DNA of 64,000 bases from an uncultured Phycisphaerales bacterium (GCA_963792535.1 CAWBWQ010000001.1:512001-576000); one strand, 5' to 3'. Shown: positions 21,736 to 32,992, counted from the first letter of the stretch. Program-made: numbers and translations. The notes: generated by a model from the sequence alone, not told the origin.

Positions 21736-22710
21736 TCAGCTGACTGTTGCAGCGAAGTCGCGCTCGGTCACATTCCCGTGCTGATCGCTGAACCATTGAA
21801 TCGTTTTGGCCAATCCGTCTTCCAGCGAGGTTTGGGCGACAAAACCAATTTCCTGTTTAGCGCGGGTCACGTCGAGGCACCGGCGCGGCTGACCATCGGG
21901 CTTGGTCGGATCCCAGATGATCTGACCTTTGAAACTGCTTAATTTTGCGATCAGTTCCGTAAGATTCTTAATGCTGATTTCACGACCGCTGCCCAGGTTC
22001 ATCGGTTCGGGCGAATCGTATTTTTCCATGGAGGAAACGATCCCTTCGGCGCAATCTTCCACGTACAAAAATTCCCGACTGGCGGCACCCGTGCCCCAGG
22101 CGTAAATCTGTTCAGCGCCTTTGTCGCGCGCTTCAACGCACTTGCGGATCAGCGCGGGGATGACATGGCTGCTGTGGGGGTGAAAATTGTCACCCGGGCC
22201 ATATAAATTCACAGGCAGCACATAGACCGATTGCAAACCGTATTGCTCGCGATACGCCTGGCACATGACCAGCAGCGCTTTTTTAGCAATCCCGTATGGC
22301 GCGTTGGTCACTTCGGGATACCCGAGCCAGAGGTTGGATTCCTTAAAGGGAACGGGTGTGAGATTTGGATACGCGCAGATCGTTCCCACCTGCAGGAATT
22401 TCTTCAGGCCGAACTTGCGTGCCCCTTCCACCAGGTGCAGGCCCATGGCCATGTTGGCGAAGAAAAACCGGCCCGGATTGTCCCGGTTAGCGCCGATGCC
22501 GCCCACTTCGGCCGCCAGATGCAGGATTACGTCGGGTTTGTGCGTCTGATACAGGCGATCGACTTCCATTTCATGCGTCAGATCGAAATCTTTCTTGCGC
22601 AGTGAGACCAGGTTGTTGTATCCAAGGGACCTCAGACGCTCGATCACAAAGTGACCCAGGAAACCGGCACCGCCGGTGATAATAATTTTGTCGGTGTGTT
22701 TTACGGTCAT
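21736..22710 (-). CDS. fcl: GDP-L-fucose synthase
   Basis: TGGAGFLG, HLAAEVGGIGAN, GTICAYP, YGIAKK, PVNLYGPGDNF, SSHVIPALIRK, KPDGQPRR. Confidence 0.95.
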   Translation of the reverse strand: MTVKHTDKIIITGGAGFLGHFVIERLRSLGYNNLVSLRKKDFDLTHEMEVDRLYQTHKPDVILHLAAEVGGIGANRDNPGRFFFANMAMGLHLVEGARKFGLKKFLQVGTICAYPNLTPVPFKESNLWLGYPEVTNAPYGIAKKALLVMCQAYREQYGLQSVYVLPVNLYGPGDNFHPHSSHVIPALIRKCVEARDKGAEQIYAWGTGAASREFLYVEDCAEGIVSSMEKYDSPEPMNLGSGREISIKNLTELIAKLSSFKGQIIWDPTKPDGQPRRCLDVTRAKQEIGFVAQTSLEDGLAKTIQWFSDQHGNVTERDFAATVS

Positions 22711-22763
22711 GGTACGAAAGTCATGGTCGGGTGTCGGTTCGTCGCGTATGGCAACGGAAAGTT

Positions 22764-23786
22764 TCAGTCTTTGTGATCAGCCAGCAGGCGCTCGCGCCTG
22801 GCGATCTTCCAATCCGCCATCGTCATCATTTCCGCAAGCGCTTTGAAGGTAACTTTAGGCTTCCATTTAAGGTCGCGCTCGGCTTTGGCAGGATCGCCCA
22901 GCAGCAGATCTACTTCAGCGGGGCGGAAGTAGCGCGGATCGACCTGAACGTACTTTTTCCAGTCCAGTTTCAGATGACCGAACACTTCATCAAGGAATTC
23001 CCGCACGCTGTGGGTTTCGTTGGTTGCAACCACGTAATCGTCCGGTTTGTCTTGCTGCAGCATCAACCACATGGCCTCAACATAGTCACCGGCAAAGCCC
23101 CAGTCTCGCTTCGCGTCAAGGTTGCCCAGGAACAGTTTGTCCTGCAGACCTTCCTTGATTCGCGTGGCGGCCCGGGTGATTTTTCGCGTGACAAACGTCT
23201 CGCCGCGGCGGGGGGATTCGTGGTTAAACAGGATGCCATTCACGGCAAACATGTTGTAGCTCTCGCGGTAATTCACGGTCTGCCAGAAGCTGTAGACCTT
23301 CGCGCAGGCATAAGGACTGCGAGGATGAAACGGTGTTTTTTCTGTCTGCGGCGTCTCGCGCACCTTGCCGTACATTTCGCTGCTCGATGCCTGGTAAAAC
23401 TTCATCGCCTTACCGGTGTCGCGGATGGCTTCGAGCAAATGCATTGTTCCCAGGGCATCCGATGCAACGGTATAAACCGGTTGATCGAAGCTGACGCGCA
23501 CGTGGGACTGTGCGCCCAGGTTGTAGATCTCATCCGGCAAAACCCGGGTAAGGATTTCCCGCATGCCGATGCCGTCCACAAGGTCGCCGTAATGCAACCT
23601 GAGCCGGGCGGCAGAGTCATGTGGATCTTTATATAGATGTTCGATGCGATCGGTATTGAACGAACTGCTCCGGCGGATCACGCCATGAACTTCATATCCT
23701 TTGGCGAGTAAAAGTTCCGCGAGGTACGAACCGTCCTGACCGGTAATACCGGTGATGAGCGCTTTTTTTCGTGGCTGCATTTCCAT
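22764..23786 (-). CDS. gmd: GDP-mannose 4,6-dehydratase
   Basis: [59 protein letters not shown]. Confidence 0.98.
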   Translation of the reverse strand: MEMQPRKKALITGITGQDGSYLAELLLAKGYEVHGVIRRSSSFNTDRIEHLYKDPHDSAARLRLHYGDLVDGIGMREILTRVLPDEIYNLGAQSHVRVSFDQPVYTVASDALGTMHLLEAIRDTGKAMKFYQASSSEMYGKVRETPQTEKTPFHPRSPYACAKVYSFWQTVNYRESYNMFAVNGILFNHESPRRGETFVTRKITRAATRIKEGLQDKLFLGNLDAKRDWGFAGDYVEAMWLMLQQDKPDDYVVATNETHSVREFLDEVFGHLKLDWKKYVQVDPRYFRPAEVDLLLGDPAKAERDLKWKPKVTFKALAEMMTMADWKIARRERLLADHKD

Positions 23787-23996
23787 ATGCGTTATATCCC
23801 GAGCAAGAGTCAAGAACACCCTGCGGTCAGTATCGGTCCATCGGCGGGCGAGGTTAACGGGCAGAAGGTGCGATCGCAATAACAGCGGCAAAGCGCCGCA
23901 TCGACCTGCCAATTCAACGCGAACCGATTATTCCTTCCCTCTCATTCGCTTCGAGAGTAAATAGCATGACTATTATCGAACCTGGAGCACCCGCCG

Positions 23997-26900
23997 ATGG
24001 CCGACACGGATTTTAATTCCACTCAGGGTCCGACCGACCCCGCTTCCCCGACTCCATCGCCTTTGCATAAAGGAACAAGGTCCCGACTGATTGTTAAGAT
24101 CATTGCCGGTCTCATTGTTGTGCTTGTCCTTTTGACGCTGATCGCTCCGACGCTGCTAAGCACCGGTCCGGTCCTCTCCATCGCGCTGAGGAAGGTGAAC
24201 GAAAAACTCACCGGGCATGTTGAAGTGTCATCGCTATCGCTGGGGTGGTTTTCAGGGGTGCTTGTGCAGGGGGTGCGCGTTTTTGACAGTACCAATGCAC
24301 AGATTGCGCAGCTGAACCGGCTGTCGATCCCGATCCCTTTGTGGAAGGCGGCTTTGGGCAGGTATGACCTGGGCAATGTTGTTTGTGAAGGCCTGTCATT
24401 TGACGCTAAATACGATGAGAAACATCGCCTGAATTTTGAACAGCTTGTGAAGCAAAGTCCCGCGGAAACCACATCCGCCCCTCCGTCGCCGACGCCTCCG
24501 TCCACACCGGCTGGCCCACCCACCCCCGGCGCAGCGGCCCCGCCTGCTAAACTTCCCAGTATCAGCGGTAACATCACAATAACCGACTGCCAGGGAACGA
24601 TCGCTCAGCTTGGAAAACCTACAGTCTACCTCACCCGGTTGAAGGGTAACGTTCAGATACCCAACATAAACGAGCCGATTACCGATCAGTTGGAAGCCGG
24701 CATTCGTGTCGGTGAACTCAAAGAAAGCATGCTGACCGCCGAAGGTACTGCCGCCGTTGTGAAGGACAATCAAATCGACATCGGCGCAGGAGAGGTACAC
24801 CAGAAAGTAGACTTAACCGACTTGGATCTGTCGGCTGCCGGGCCTTTTCTTGCCGATGTAAAAACACTTGGCGGTTTCTTTGGTTTTCATCTCAATGTCG
24901 ATCTGACAAATGGAAAAACGCCCGGTGGAGTTACCCTGACCGCGTCCGCGCATGATGTCCACTATGCCAGGACTACGGGGCCGGCTGTTAACGAAAAGTT
25001 GATTCAACTGAATGTGAAAGGGGATTTGAACGGCGACGACAAGAGCACACTCCAGCAGATCAAAAATCTGGTTGTCACGCTCAAGGCCGGCGACACCGAC
25101 GCGCCCGCAATCGACCTGTTAGCCGAAGTTCCAAACGCCACACTCGGCGGCACGCCGTCGGCGGATTTCAGGCTGGTCTATCTTTCGGCGGACCTGGCTA
25201 AACTGCAAAAAGAATTTGCCGCTGTGCCGCTGGGCCAGTTGGGCACCATCGTAAACAGCGGTGTGTTAAAGATTTCGTCAGCCGGCAGGTATGACGGCCA
25301 TCTGCTGAACATCAATTCATTCAATGTCGACGCTGATAACCTGTATGTGAACAGGCAGTTTGCTGATGGAAAGCAGGCCAATGCTTTGGCGGGTGAAGGC
25401 CTGAAGGTCAGCGTCGTTGCCGCGGCAGACCTCTCGCGCGGAAGCGGGGGGGATGGCTCGGTCGAGGTAAAGACGCTGAGCGTGACGGATGCGGGGCAAA
25501 TCATCGATATTCATAAAGACGGCGACGGAGAATTTTTATTAACACTCCCCGCCAGGGGAGGAATGTCCGGGCATGGTTCGATTTCATTGGCGCTGCAACT
25601 GGGCTCGTTGGATCAAATTGCAGGCGTACTGACGCAGACCGGTTCCAAACCGGCTGCCGGTGGATTGCATTCGGGAAAACTAACCGGCACGGTCGCGCTG
25701 GTCGCATCGGCGCAGGACAAAACCAGCTTTGCAGCAAACTTGAACTTGAACGATCTTGCCATCAATTCAAGCAGCGGGGCGGTCCCCATCCAACCGGTGA
25801 ATTTTACTTTCAATGCGGCAACCGATCGATCCAGCGGAACAACCGTTGTCGACAAGGCAAATCTGACCAGCGGTATTGCGACGATGTCGCTTACCGCGCC
25901 GATCGTCGTCACTGAATCCGCCGGCAAAAGGAATATCAGCGGCGGTTTAAAAATCGATGGGAATCTTTCGGATCTCAGTTCGACGCTGGCTGCCTACAAG
26001 GGAAAAAAGACCGGCGATTATCCCTACCGCGGGACTTACAGCCTGAGTGAGAACATCACATCCAAAGACAACGGCACGTTCCTCAAAGGTGGTCTGCAAT
26101 TAACCAATTTCGAATCGTACAACGCCACCGGCACTACATTCTCCGAGAAGCAGGTGGCGATCGCGAACGATCTTGCGCTTGATGCGGCGGCCGACGATGA
26201 ATCAATTGCCATCAACACGCTCAGCGTTGCGATGCAAAGCAGCGGCGCTTTGAATATCTCAATCAACAATGGAAGCGTGCATCACCTTCAGACCACGCGG
26301 GACTTAAACCTTCAACCGACTCTGGACTACGATCTGGCCAAGCTATGGCCGGTAATCCAGCCGATCATGGGCGATGAGTACAAGACACTGAAAATCACCG
26401 GCCAGTTTAAAAAGCAGTTCAACATCACCGGAAGTTATCCCGCCAATCAACCCTCGACAATTGCCATCAAGACACTGCACGCCGACGGCGACCTGGCTGT
26501 CGCGACTTTTGATTACAACGGGCTGAATCTGCAGAATTTTATCGTCCCCTTCACGCTCGATAACGGCAAGCTGGTGACCGTCTACGCCAATAAGCCCGTC
26601 GGGCAAAATACCGCCGCCCCAGCCGTCGCCAATGGAGGAACACTCGATCTTTCGAACCTGACAATCGATTTGACCCAGGAACCACCGAGGCTATCAGCGC
26701 CGGCGAATAAATTGCTGATCAGCAAGCTGACCATTAATCCGCTGTTTGCGAACAGTTTCCTGGCAAAGTACCTGAACAACCCGGTCTTCACCGGAAGTGA
26801 TGCCAGCGGCTTGATGGAATTAATGTTCGTTGATTGCGACGCGTTACCTATGGGAAGTCTGGTGACCCAGGCGGTTGCGTCAAACACAGGCAAGGCCGAT

Positions 26901-27395
26901 CTGAAGCTTTCCCTTACGGATTTGAATATCGGCTTTCAGGGCATCAGCGGATTGGCATCGGCACTTAAGCAGGACAGTTTCGTCGCGAATGTAAAAGATG
27001 GAACAGTTGCTGTTTCCAGGGGCTTGTCGACAGAACACTTTGTCTTTGCCTCCGGCACCTACTCGATTAACATTGACGGCACGGTGCGGCTTGCCGACGA
27101 GGCATTTGTTCCGATGAGCCTGAGCGTCGGTCCGATGACCGCAATCGTCGATCGCGCCTTCGGTGTGCACGATAAGAATGTGTTGAAATACCTGCCCGAC
27201 CGAATCACCGTTCCACTCAAGGGGACCGTGCATCATGCCAGTGTCGATATGGATCAAACACTTCAGCGATTGCTTGCCGAGGCCGGCACTAAGGCGGTCA
27301 CGAACGGGCTGCTGAATGGCAATGCAGGCAATCCCAACGACAGCCCGCTGGGTGGACTGTTGAACAGGCTGCAGAAAAAGAAGAAATCGAATTGA
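23997..27395 (+). CDS. Large AsmA/TamB-like envelope protein
   Basis: N-terminal anchor LLTLIAPTLLS, AsmA-like VEVSSLSLGWFSG, ~1000 aa of amphipathic beta strands, C-terminal ITVPLKGTV..P-type end. Confidence 0.6.
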   Translation: MADTDFNSTQGPTDPASPTPSPLHKGTRSRLIVKIIAGLIVVLVLLTLIAPTLLSTGPVLSIALRKVNEKLTGHVEVSSLSLGWFSGVLVQGVRVFDSTNAQIAQLNRLSIPIPLWKAALGRYDLGNVVCEGLSFDAKYDEKHRLNFEQLVKQSPAETTSAPPSPTPPSTPAGPPTPGAAAPPAKLPSISGNITITDCQGTIAQLGKPTVYLTRLKGNVQIPNINEPITDQLEAGIRVGELKESMLTAEGTAAVVKDNQIDIGAGEVHQKVDLTDLDLSAAGPFLADVKTLGGFFGFHLNVDLTNGKTPGGVTLTASAHDVHYARTTGPAVNEKLIQLNVKGDLNGDDKSTLQQIKNLVVTLKAGDTDAPAIDLLAEVPNATLGGTPSADFRLVYLSADLAKLQKEFAAVPLGQLGTIVNSGVLKISSAGRYDGHLLNINSFNVDADNLYVNRQFADGKQANALAGEGLKVSVVAAADLSRGSGGDGSVEVKTLSVTDAGQIIDIHKDGDGEFLLTLPARGGMSGHGSISLALQLGSLDQIAGVLTQTGSKPAAGGLHSGKLTGTVALVASAQDKTSFAANLNLNDLAINSSSGAVPIQPVNFTFNAATDRSSGTTVVDKANLTSGIATMSLTAPIVVTESAGKRNISGGLKIDGNLSDLSSTLAAYKGKKTGDYPYRGTYSLSENITSKDNGTFLKGGLQLTNFESYNATGTTFSEKQVAIANDLALDAAADDESIAINTLSVAMQSSGALNISINNGSVHHLQTTRDLNLQPTLDYDLAKLWPVIQPIMGDEYKTLKITGQFKKQFNITGSYPANQPSTIAIKTLHADGDLAVATFDYNGLNLQNFIVPFTLDNGKLVTVYANKPVGQNTAAPAVANGGTLDLSNLTIDLTQEPPRLSAPANKLLISKLTINPLFANSFLAKYLNNPVFTGSDASGLMELMFVDCDALPMGSLVTQAVASNTGKADLKLSLTDLNIGFQGISGLASALKQDSFVANVKDGTVAVSRGLSTEHFVFASGTYSINIDGTVRLADEAFVPMSLSVGPMTAIVDRAFGVHDKNVLKYLPDRITVPLKGTVHHASVDMDQTLQRLLAEAGTKAVTNGLLNGNAGNPNDSPLGGLLNRLQKKKKSN

Positions 27396-27434
27396 AGTTG
27401 CCGCACCCGCTTTCACAAAGCAGGCGTGCAGCGA

Positions 27435-28090
27435 TCAGACGGCATGCAGATGGCGGATAATGCGACCTGTGTGAGCGTAAATGACATCTTCAGCGATGTT
27501 GGTGCAGTGGTCACCCATCCGTTCGAGGTTCTTGGCGATCATGATGTTCGACAGCTCTATGTTGGCATCGCCGCCGCCTGATTCGAGGCGGGCGAGCATG
27601 TCCTGGACGATCTGGTGATAGAGCGCGTCAACAACATCGTCGCCGCGAAGAACCTGGCGGGCGAGGGTTTCGTCAGAGAGGTTAAACGCCTTGATAGTGT
27701 CGCGCAGTGTGGAGAGCACGCTATTGCACATCATGCGAAGGTCCGCCGCGCATGATAATCCCCGCGGGCAAGCGGAACGATTCGCTGTGATGCATTTACA
27801 GCGCAATCGGCGATGCGTTCGAAGTCGCTGTTTGCTTTTATGATCACGGTAACCAGACGGAGATCACCGGCAGCAGGTTGATACAGGGCCAGGAGATCGA
27901 TCGCAGATTTCTCAATCTGCACTTCCTCTTCATCAATGCGTTCATCCAGATCGGTTACGGCTTGAGAAAGGGTGGCGTTTGTCGTCAGAATGGACTGGAC
28001 AGCCATTTCTGAGGCTTGTTGAACCAAAGAAGTCAACCGCGCCATGCGGTCTTTGAGGTCGTCGAGTCGGTCAATCAGATGATGAGCCAT
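27435..28090 (-). CDS. phoU: Phosphate signalling protein PhoU, frameshift at ~27750
   Basis: LALYQPAAGDLR, DFERIADCAVN, GDDVVDALY, KNLERMGDHCTNIAEDVIY. Confidence 0.95.
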
Positions 28091-28201
28091 GTCTATTAAA
28101 TAGTCTACGCATTCCCAACCATCTATTATCGGCTGAAAGTCGCAAAAAATTCAAGCCCCTGTCCAGGATTTATGTGAATCTATTGAGCCCGAAACAGGAA
28201 A

Positions 28202-29077
28202 TTAACCAAACCTGCCGGTGATGTAATCTTCGGTTTGCTTATTCTGGGGATTTGTGAACATCAGCTCTGTGCGATTGTATTCCACGAGTCGACCCAGGTA
28301 GAAAAAGGCAGTCAGGTCGCTGACGCGCGCCGCCTGCTGCATGTTGTGGGTGACGATGATGATCGTGTAGGACGCTTTGAGCTGGCGTATCAGATCTTCG
28401 ATCTTGCCGGTGGCAATGGGGTCCAGCGCGCTGGCAGGTTCGTCCATGAGCAGCACAGCAGGCCGCGTGGCGAGTGCGCGGGCGATGCAGAGCCTTTGTT
28501 GCTGCCCACCGGACAGAGACATTGCGCTTCCATGCAGGCGGTCTTTGACTTCGTCCCAGAGCGCACCTTTACGAAGGCAATCTTCGACGGTTTCATCGAG
28601 TTTTCGATGGCTGTCGATCCCCTGAAGACGCGGGCCATATGCGACATTTTCGTAGATTGATTTAGGGAAAGGATTGGGCTTTTGAAAAACAAGTCCCACC
28701 CGGCGACGAAGATCCACCAGGTCAGTGTGCGGGTGATAGATGTTTTGACCGTCAAAGGTCAGACTTCCACTGACCCGACAGCCGGGGATGAGATCGTTCA
28801 GGCGATTGATCGAGCGCAGGAAGGTGCTCTTGCCGCAACCGCTGGGGCCGATGAATGCAACGACACTGTTGCGAGGCACAGTGAGCGAAACATCTTTGAT
28901 GGCATGATGCGCACCATAGTGAACATTGACCGATTTGGCGTCGATCACAGGTTCCCCCATTGGCGGTACAGCCTGACTGGCTTGCGGAGCAACTTCCCGC
29001 AGGACAGGCTTAAACCACGGAATTGGCGGAACATCCACCTTCGGCGAAACGACCGGCTCCAACTGCACTGTGGTCAT
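28202..29077 (-). CDS. pstB: Phosphate ABC transporter ATP-binding protein
   Basis: [65 protein letters not shown]. Confidence 0.97.
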   Translation of the reverse strand: MTTVQLEPVVSPKVDVPPIPWFKPVLREVAPQASQAVPPMGEPVIDAKSVNVHYGAHHAIKDVSLTVPRNSVVAFIGPSGCGKSTFLRSINRLNDLIPGCRVSGSLTFDGQNIYHPHTDLVDLRRRVGLVFQKPNPFPKSIYENVAYGPRLQGIDSHRKLDETVEDCLRKGALWDEVKDRLHGSAMSLSGGQQQRLCIARALATRPAVLLMDEPASALDPIATGKIEDLIRQLKASYTIIIVTHNMQQAARVSDLTAFFYLGRLVEYNRTELMFTNPQNKQTEDYITGRFG

Positions 29078-29246
29078 ACCAATAGGCTAGACCCTTGGCG
29101 GCATCACAGGCAAGGACTTAAAGAAACATTAACAATTCGCAACTGGTGCTCGTTGCTGCCTGGCACGCGACAGCAGGGTGGTCCGGATGATCCGCGAAGT
29201 CCATCTATATCAGGTGCTTAAGATAAGCTGTTTTGCACCGGACAGA

Positions 29247-29348
29247 TCAATGCATGCCCAGCATTCCAAGTGTCATGAGTACTGCAGCCACGAAGAATAA
29301 GACCACGACCGCGAGATTAAGGGCCATCGACATCATTAACACCGACAT
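29247..29348 (-). CDS. Putative 33-aa single-pass membrane microprotein (below the ORF-track cutoff)
   Basis: MSVLMMSMALNLAVVVLFFVAAVLMTLGMLGMH; GAGGT RBS-like sequence just upstream of the ATG. Confidence 0.45.
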   Translation of the reverse strand: MSVLMMSMALNLAVVVLFFVAAVLMTLGMLGMH

Positions 29349-29575
29349 GATCGACCTCAGCAAAAAAAACGACGCTGCGACTCGATCGCTCCGCGACCGT
29401 TTGCCCTGTCATCCCTGCGGGCGAGTCAACAAAAATGGCATCGGCCGGCGCGGGATCAAAGCTTTCTTAACCGCAGTCTGCGGATCACAAATCCTCGGCG
29501 ATCATTCAGAAACCACGAAAATGCCCCAAAAATAAGGGTTGAGAAAATTGGCCATCTGGTTATCAGACGTAACGT

Positions 29576-30715
29576 ATGATTACCTGCATGAATCGCTTTT
29601 ATCGGACCAGTGTTTTTGGCCTGCTTTTGACGGTTGGACTCGTGCAGGGGTGCGCCTCTGCTCCTGAACGGATGGCGAAAACATCGCCGCCGTCGATGGC
29701 AGTCGTGGTGCCCGCGCCGTTTCCGGTGCCAATTGTGGAATTACGTGGATCGAGCGATCAGATCGGGCGGCAACATGCAGTTCAGCTGGCGGATTCTGTC
29801 CGTTACCTCCACGATCATTATCTGACTGTCTTCGTCGGAGGGATGGCGCGTCGGTTTGTTGCACTATCTGAAGCAAACCTGTTCGAGGCGCGTCTGCGAC
29901 CCGAACATCGCGACGAAATTCACGCCTTGGCACTGGGTACCCATATCGATGAACGCGAAACGATGCTCGGGCAATGTTTCCTGGACATGGCTCAACTTTC
30001 CGCTTGTTCAACCATCGCATTGCCCGCTGCCGCCTCGCCGGACCATGTTGCCCGGTTCGGGCGCAACCTTGATTTCTGGTCACTGAATGTTGCAGATCGA
30101 TTTTCGACGGTTTTTATCGTTCATCCTGATGATGGTCGAAACGCGTATATGGCGGTTGGTTGGCCGGGGATGATCGGCGTGTTGTCCGGCATGAATCAGC
30201 AGGGCCTTTGCCTGGCGAGCATGGAGGTGCCTCGAAACCCGCGCTTTCCCACGGCGATGCCTTATACATTGCTATATCGCACAGTTCTCGAGCGATGTTC
30301 GAATGTGGAGCAGGCGGTGGCTTTTCTGCAGACAGCCCCACGCCAGACAGCCAACAACCTCATGCTGATGGACGCTGATGGCACGCGAGCGGTCGTTGAA
30401 ATTACGCCTGAGGCGATTCATGTGCGCTGGGGAACCGATGGTTCGGCGCTGGTCAGTACAAACCACCAGCGTGATCAGGATGCTGATAAACCAGGTCTAT
30501 GCAGTCGATACGATTATCTGCATGACCAGAGCAGGTCGAGTTTTGGACAGATTGACATGTCAACGGTGCAGGGAATGCTGGCGCGGGTGGGAAGCCATGG
30601 GACATTGCAGTCCATGGTTTTTGAGCCATCCAACCGCGTCGTCTATTTATCGACAGGCACGGGAGCCGCGATGAAGAAGTTCTCGCGGCTTGACCTGAAG
30701 CCATACTTCAAATGA
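29576..30715 (+). CDS. C45-family Ntn-hydrolase/acyltransferase lipoprotein
   Basis: Lipobox LVQGC; ACSTIA nucleophile, GRNLDF, GVLSGMNQQGL, VSTNH, TLQSMVFEP. Confidence 0.85.
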   Translation: MITCMNRFYRTSVFGLLLTVGLVQGCASAPERMAKTSPPSMAVVVPAPFPVPIVELRGSSDQIGRQHAVQLADSVRYLHDHYLTVFVGGMARRFVALSEANLFEARLRPEHRDEIHALALGTHIDERETMLGQCFLDMAQLSACSTIALPAAASPDHVARFGRNLDFWSLNVADRFSTVFIVHPDDGRNAYMAVGWPGMIGVLSGMNQQGLCLASMEVPRNPRFPTAMPYTLLYRTVLERCSNVEQAVAFLQTAPRQTANNLMLMDADGTRAVVEITPEAIHVRWGTDGSALVSTNHQRDQDADKPGLCSRYDYLHDQSRSSFGQIDMSTVQGMLARVGSHGTLQSMVFEPSNRVVYLSTGTGAAMKKFSRLDLKPYFK

Positions 30716-30748
30716 GTACGGCACCCGCAGAGCGAGTTCCAACCGGGT

Positions 30749-30970
30749 TTACTTCTGGCGAAAGATGATGCGACCCTTGGTCAAATCGTAAGGGGACAAT
30801 TCGACCTTTACGCGATCACCCGGAAGGATGCGGATAAAATGCTTGCGCATTTTTCCCGAAACAATTCCCAGAATTTCGCGCTCGGAATTGTCCAGTTTCA
30901 GCTTGAACATAGCATTCGGCAACGCCAGTGTGACAACGGCTTCAAGTTCGATCGGCTCAGATTTGGCCAC
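30749..30970 (-). CDS. infA: Translation initiation factor IF-1
   Basis: GTG start; ALPNAMF..., [41 protein letters not shown]. Confidence 0.98.
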   Translation of the reverse strand: MAKSEPIELEAVVTLALPNAMFKLKLDNSEREILGIVSGKMRKHFIRILPGDRVKVELSPYDLTKGRIIFRQK

Positions 30971-31140
30971 AAATACCTCGTATAAACTGCGGATCCCACC
31001 CAGAAAATGGGTGTGGCTCCTCATTGTACGACGCCCGCAGGGTGCGAACAAGCGCAGGCAGCGGGTTAATGCTTTAAGCGGCAGAGTATTGTCTGACAGA
31101 TGCTGACGATTTAGACACTCGGCGGTAGGCCGGTAACACC

Positions 31141-32313
31141 TTAAGGATTCAGCACGACTTTAATACAACCTTCCTGCTTGTCCCGGAAAGTTTTATACAG
31201 CGACGGCGCATCCTTGAGAGGCGCTTTGTGTGTAATGACAAACGATGGATCGATCTCGCCATTTTCTATTTTGTCCATCAGTGGCTTCAGGTAGCGATGA
31301 ACATGTGTCTGACCGCTGCGCATCGTCAGCCCCTTATTGACAAAAGCGCCCATCGGAAATTTGTCTACAAATCCTAAATATACTCCAGGCACTGACACAG
31401 TCCCGGCATTTCGGCAGCAGTAAACAGCTTGCCGCAGCGCGTGCGGCCGATCGGTGCCTAGAAACATTTTGACCTTGGCAGCATCCATGACCGCGTCAAA
31501 ACTACCGTGGCCGTGTGCTTCAGCGCCGACCGCATCAATGCACCGATCGGGACCGCGCCCGCTGGTCATCTCCTGCAGCCGATCGTAGACAGATTCTTCC
31601 ATAAAATTAATCGTTTCCGCGCGCCCCTGATTTCGCGCCATCGCCAGTCGCTCGGGAACAGTGTCGATCGCAATTACGCGACCTGCGCCGAACATCCACG
31701 CACTTTGAATTGCAAATTGCGCAACCGGCCCGCACCCCCAAACCGCGACTGTATCACCCGGTTCAATCCCGGCGTTTTCCGCGCCCATGTATCCGGTAGG
31801 GAAAATATCGGTCAAAAACAAAACCTGTTCATCGCTGAGACCTTCTGGAACCGGATAGGCACCGAAATCCGCGTACGGGACGCGTGCATATTCAGCCTGG
31901 CCGCCGGCGAAACCACCCAGCATGTGCGAATAGCCGAACAATCCTGATGGAGAATGCCCCATCATCTTTTCCGCCATTTTTGCGTTGGGGTTGGAGCGCT
32001 CGCAGACGCTCGTAAGCCCCTTTTTGCAGAAATAGCATTCGCCGCAGGCAATGGTAAATGGAACCACTACGCGGTCGCCGACCTTGTGTTTCTTATTCTC
32101 CGATCCAACTTCAACCACCTCGCCCATAAATTCATGGCCCAGCACATCACCGGCTTCCATCGTGGGCATAAAGCCGTCCAGCAGATGAAGGTCGGATCCG
32201 CAAATCGCAGTGCTGGTTATTTTTACGATCACATCGCGGGGTTCCTGGATTTTTGGATCCGGAACAGTGTCAATTCGAACATCCCCTTTGCCGTGCCAGC
32301 ATAATGCTTTCAT
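31141..32313 (-). CDS. Zinc-dependent MDR dehydrogenase (formaldehyde dehydrogenase-like)
   Basis: [40 protein letters not shown]. Confidence 0.92.
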   Translation of the reverse strand: MKALCWHGKGDVRIDTVPDPKIQEPRDVIVKITSTAICGSDLHLLDGFMPTMEAGDVLGHEFMGEVVEVGSENKKHKVGDRVVVPFTIACGECYFCKKGLTSVCERSNPNAKMAEKMMGHSPSGLFGYSHMLGGFAGGQAEYARVPYADFGAYPVPEGLSDEQVLFLTDIFPTGYMGAENAGIEPGDTVAVWGCGPVAQFAIQSAWMFGAGRVIAIDTVPERLAMARNQGRAETINFMEESVYDRLQEMTSGRGPDRCIDAVGAEAHGHGSFDAVMDAAKVKMFLGTDRPHALRQAVYCCRNAGTVSVPGVYLGFVDKFPMGAFVNKGLTMRSGQTHVHRYLKPLMDKIENGEIDPSFVITHKAPLKDAPSLYKTFRDKQEGCIKVVLNP

Positions 32314-32347
32314 CTGTCCTCGATTCAGTTGTTCGAATCGGCGAACG

Positions 32348-32361
32348 GCAAAGCTTATGCC
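32348..32361 (-). promoter_or_regulatory. Putative sigma-54 -24/-12 promoter
   Basis: Minus strand GGCATAAGCTTTGC fits GG-N10-GC, 35 nt upstream of the dehydrogenase ATG. Confidence 0.4.
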
Positions 32362-32839
32362 TTCAGGAAGTCAGGGTTTTCGGCTCGGAGGAAAATCGGA
32401 GAGGTTCAATAAGCGAAACTGGTTTTCTCAAATGGCGTCTCAGTACTCATCCGGCATTAAAACGTTGGGTAACGAACCCTCTGCTTCGGCCATGATCAAG
32501 CTGCGGGTGCCCCTGCCTATTTATCCGCAAGACAGAGTCACGATGCCACACTACTTCATGCCAAGATCCATCTTTCGAAAATCAAATTTTCAATTCTCAT
32601 GTCCTAAGACAAACTGGGATTGCCGCATTTTTTCTGCGGTAACACCAGATTTGGTAATCGTTTATCGCCCTCAGATCGAATTAGAAAAATGGCGGAAGTG
32701 TGTACTTAACGCAATCTCGGATTTTAACAAAGTTGCGATTGTGTTGCGATGAGAGGATTGTAGCACATATGGTGTGGCAGCGAGGTGCAATGTGGTTGGC
32801 GGTTCTCGTACACGCCGGAAAGGTGGTATAATCTCTTCC

Positions 32840-32974
32840 ATGCCCAAGATAACGACCCCAAAACCAGCCAAGCCTGGCCCAAAGCCCGACACCCTGAAAA
32901 TCGAAGGCAACTTGGAACAGGCAATGAAGAAATCGCTGGATAAGAAGAAACCGGCGACGGGTTGGCCGAAGTGA
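32840..32974 (+). CDS. 44-aa basic passenger microprotein within the MITE
   Basis: MPKITTPKPAKPGPKPDTLKIEGNLEQAMKKSLDKKKPATGWPK; extended -10 TGGTATAAT ends 7 nt before the ATG. Confidence 0.7.
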   Translation: MPKITTPKPAKPGPKPDTLKIEGNLEQAMKKSLDKKKPATGWPK

Positions 32975-32992
32975 GTAACATTACGCTCTGGC

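Noticed and set aside
29362..29410. Full c-di-GMP-I riboswitch
   Set aside because: Only the GGGCAAA-stem part resembles it; the GNRA loop, GCAAAG junction and P3 receptor are missing
32210..32752. 180-aa + strand ORF
   Set aside because: Overlaps the dehydrogenase start in antisense, runs into the MITE, and has no RBS or recognisable motifs
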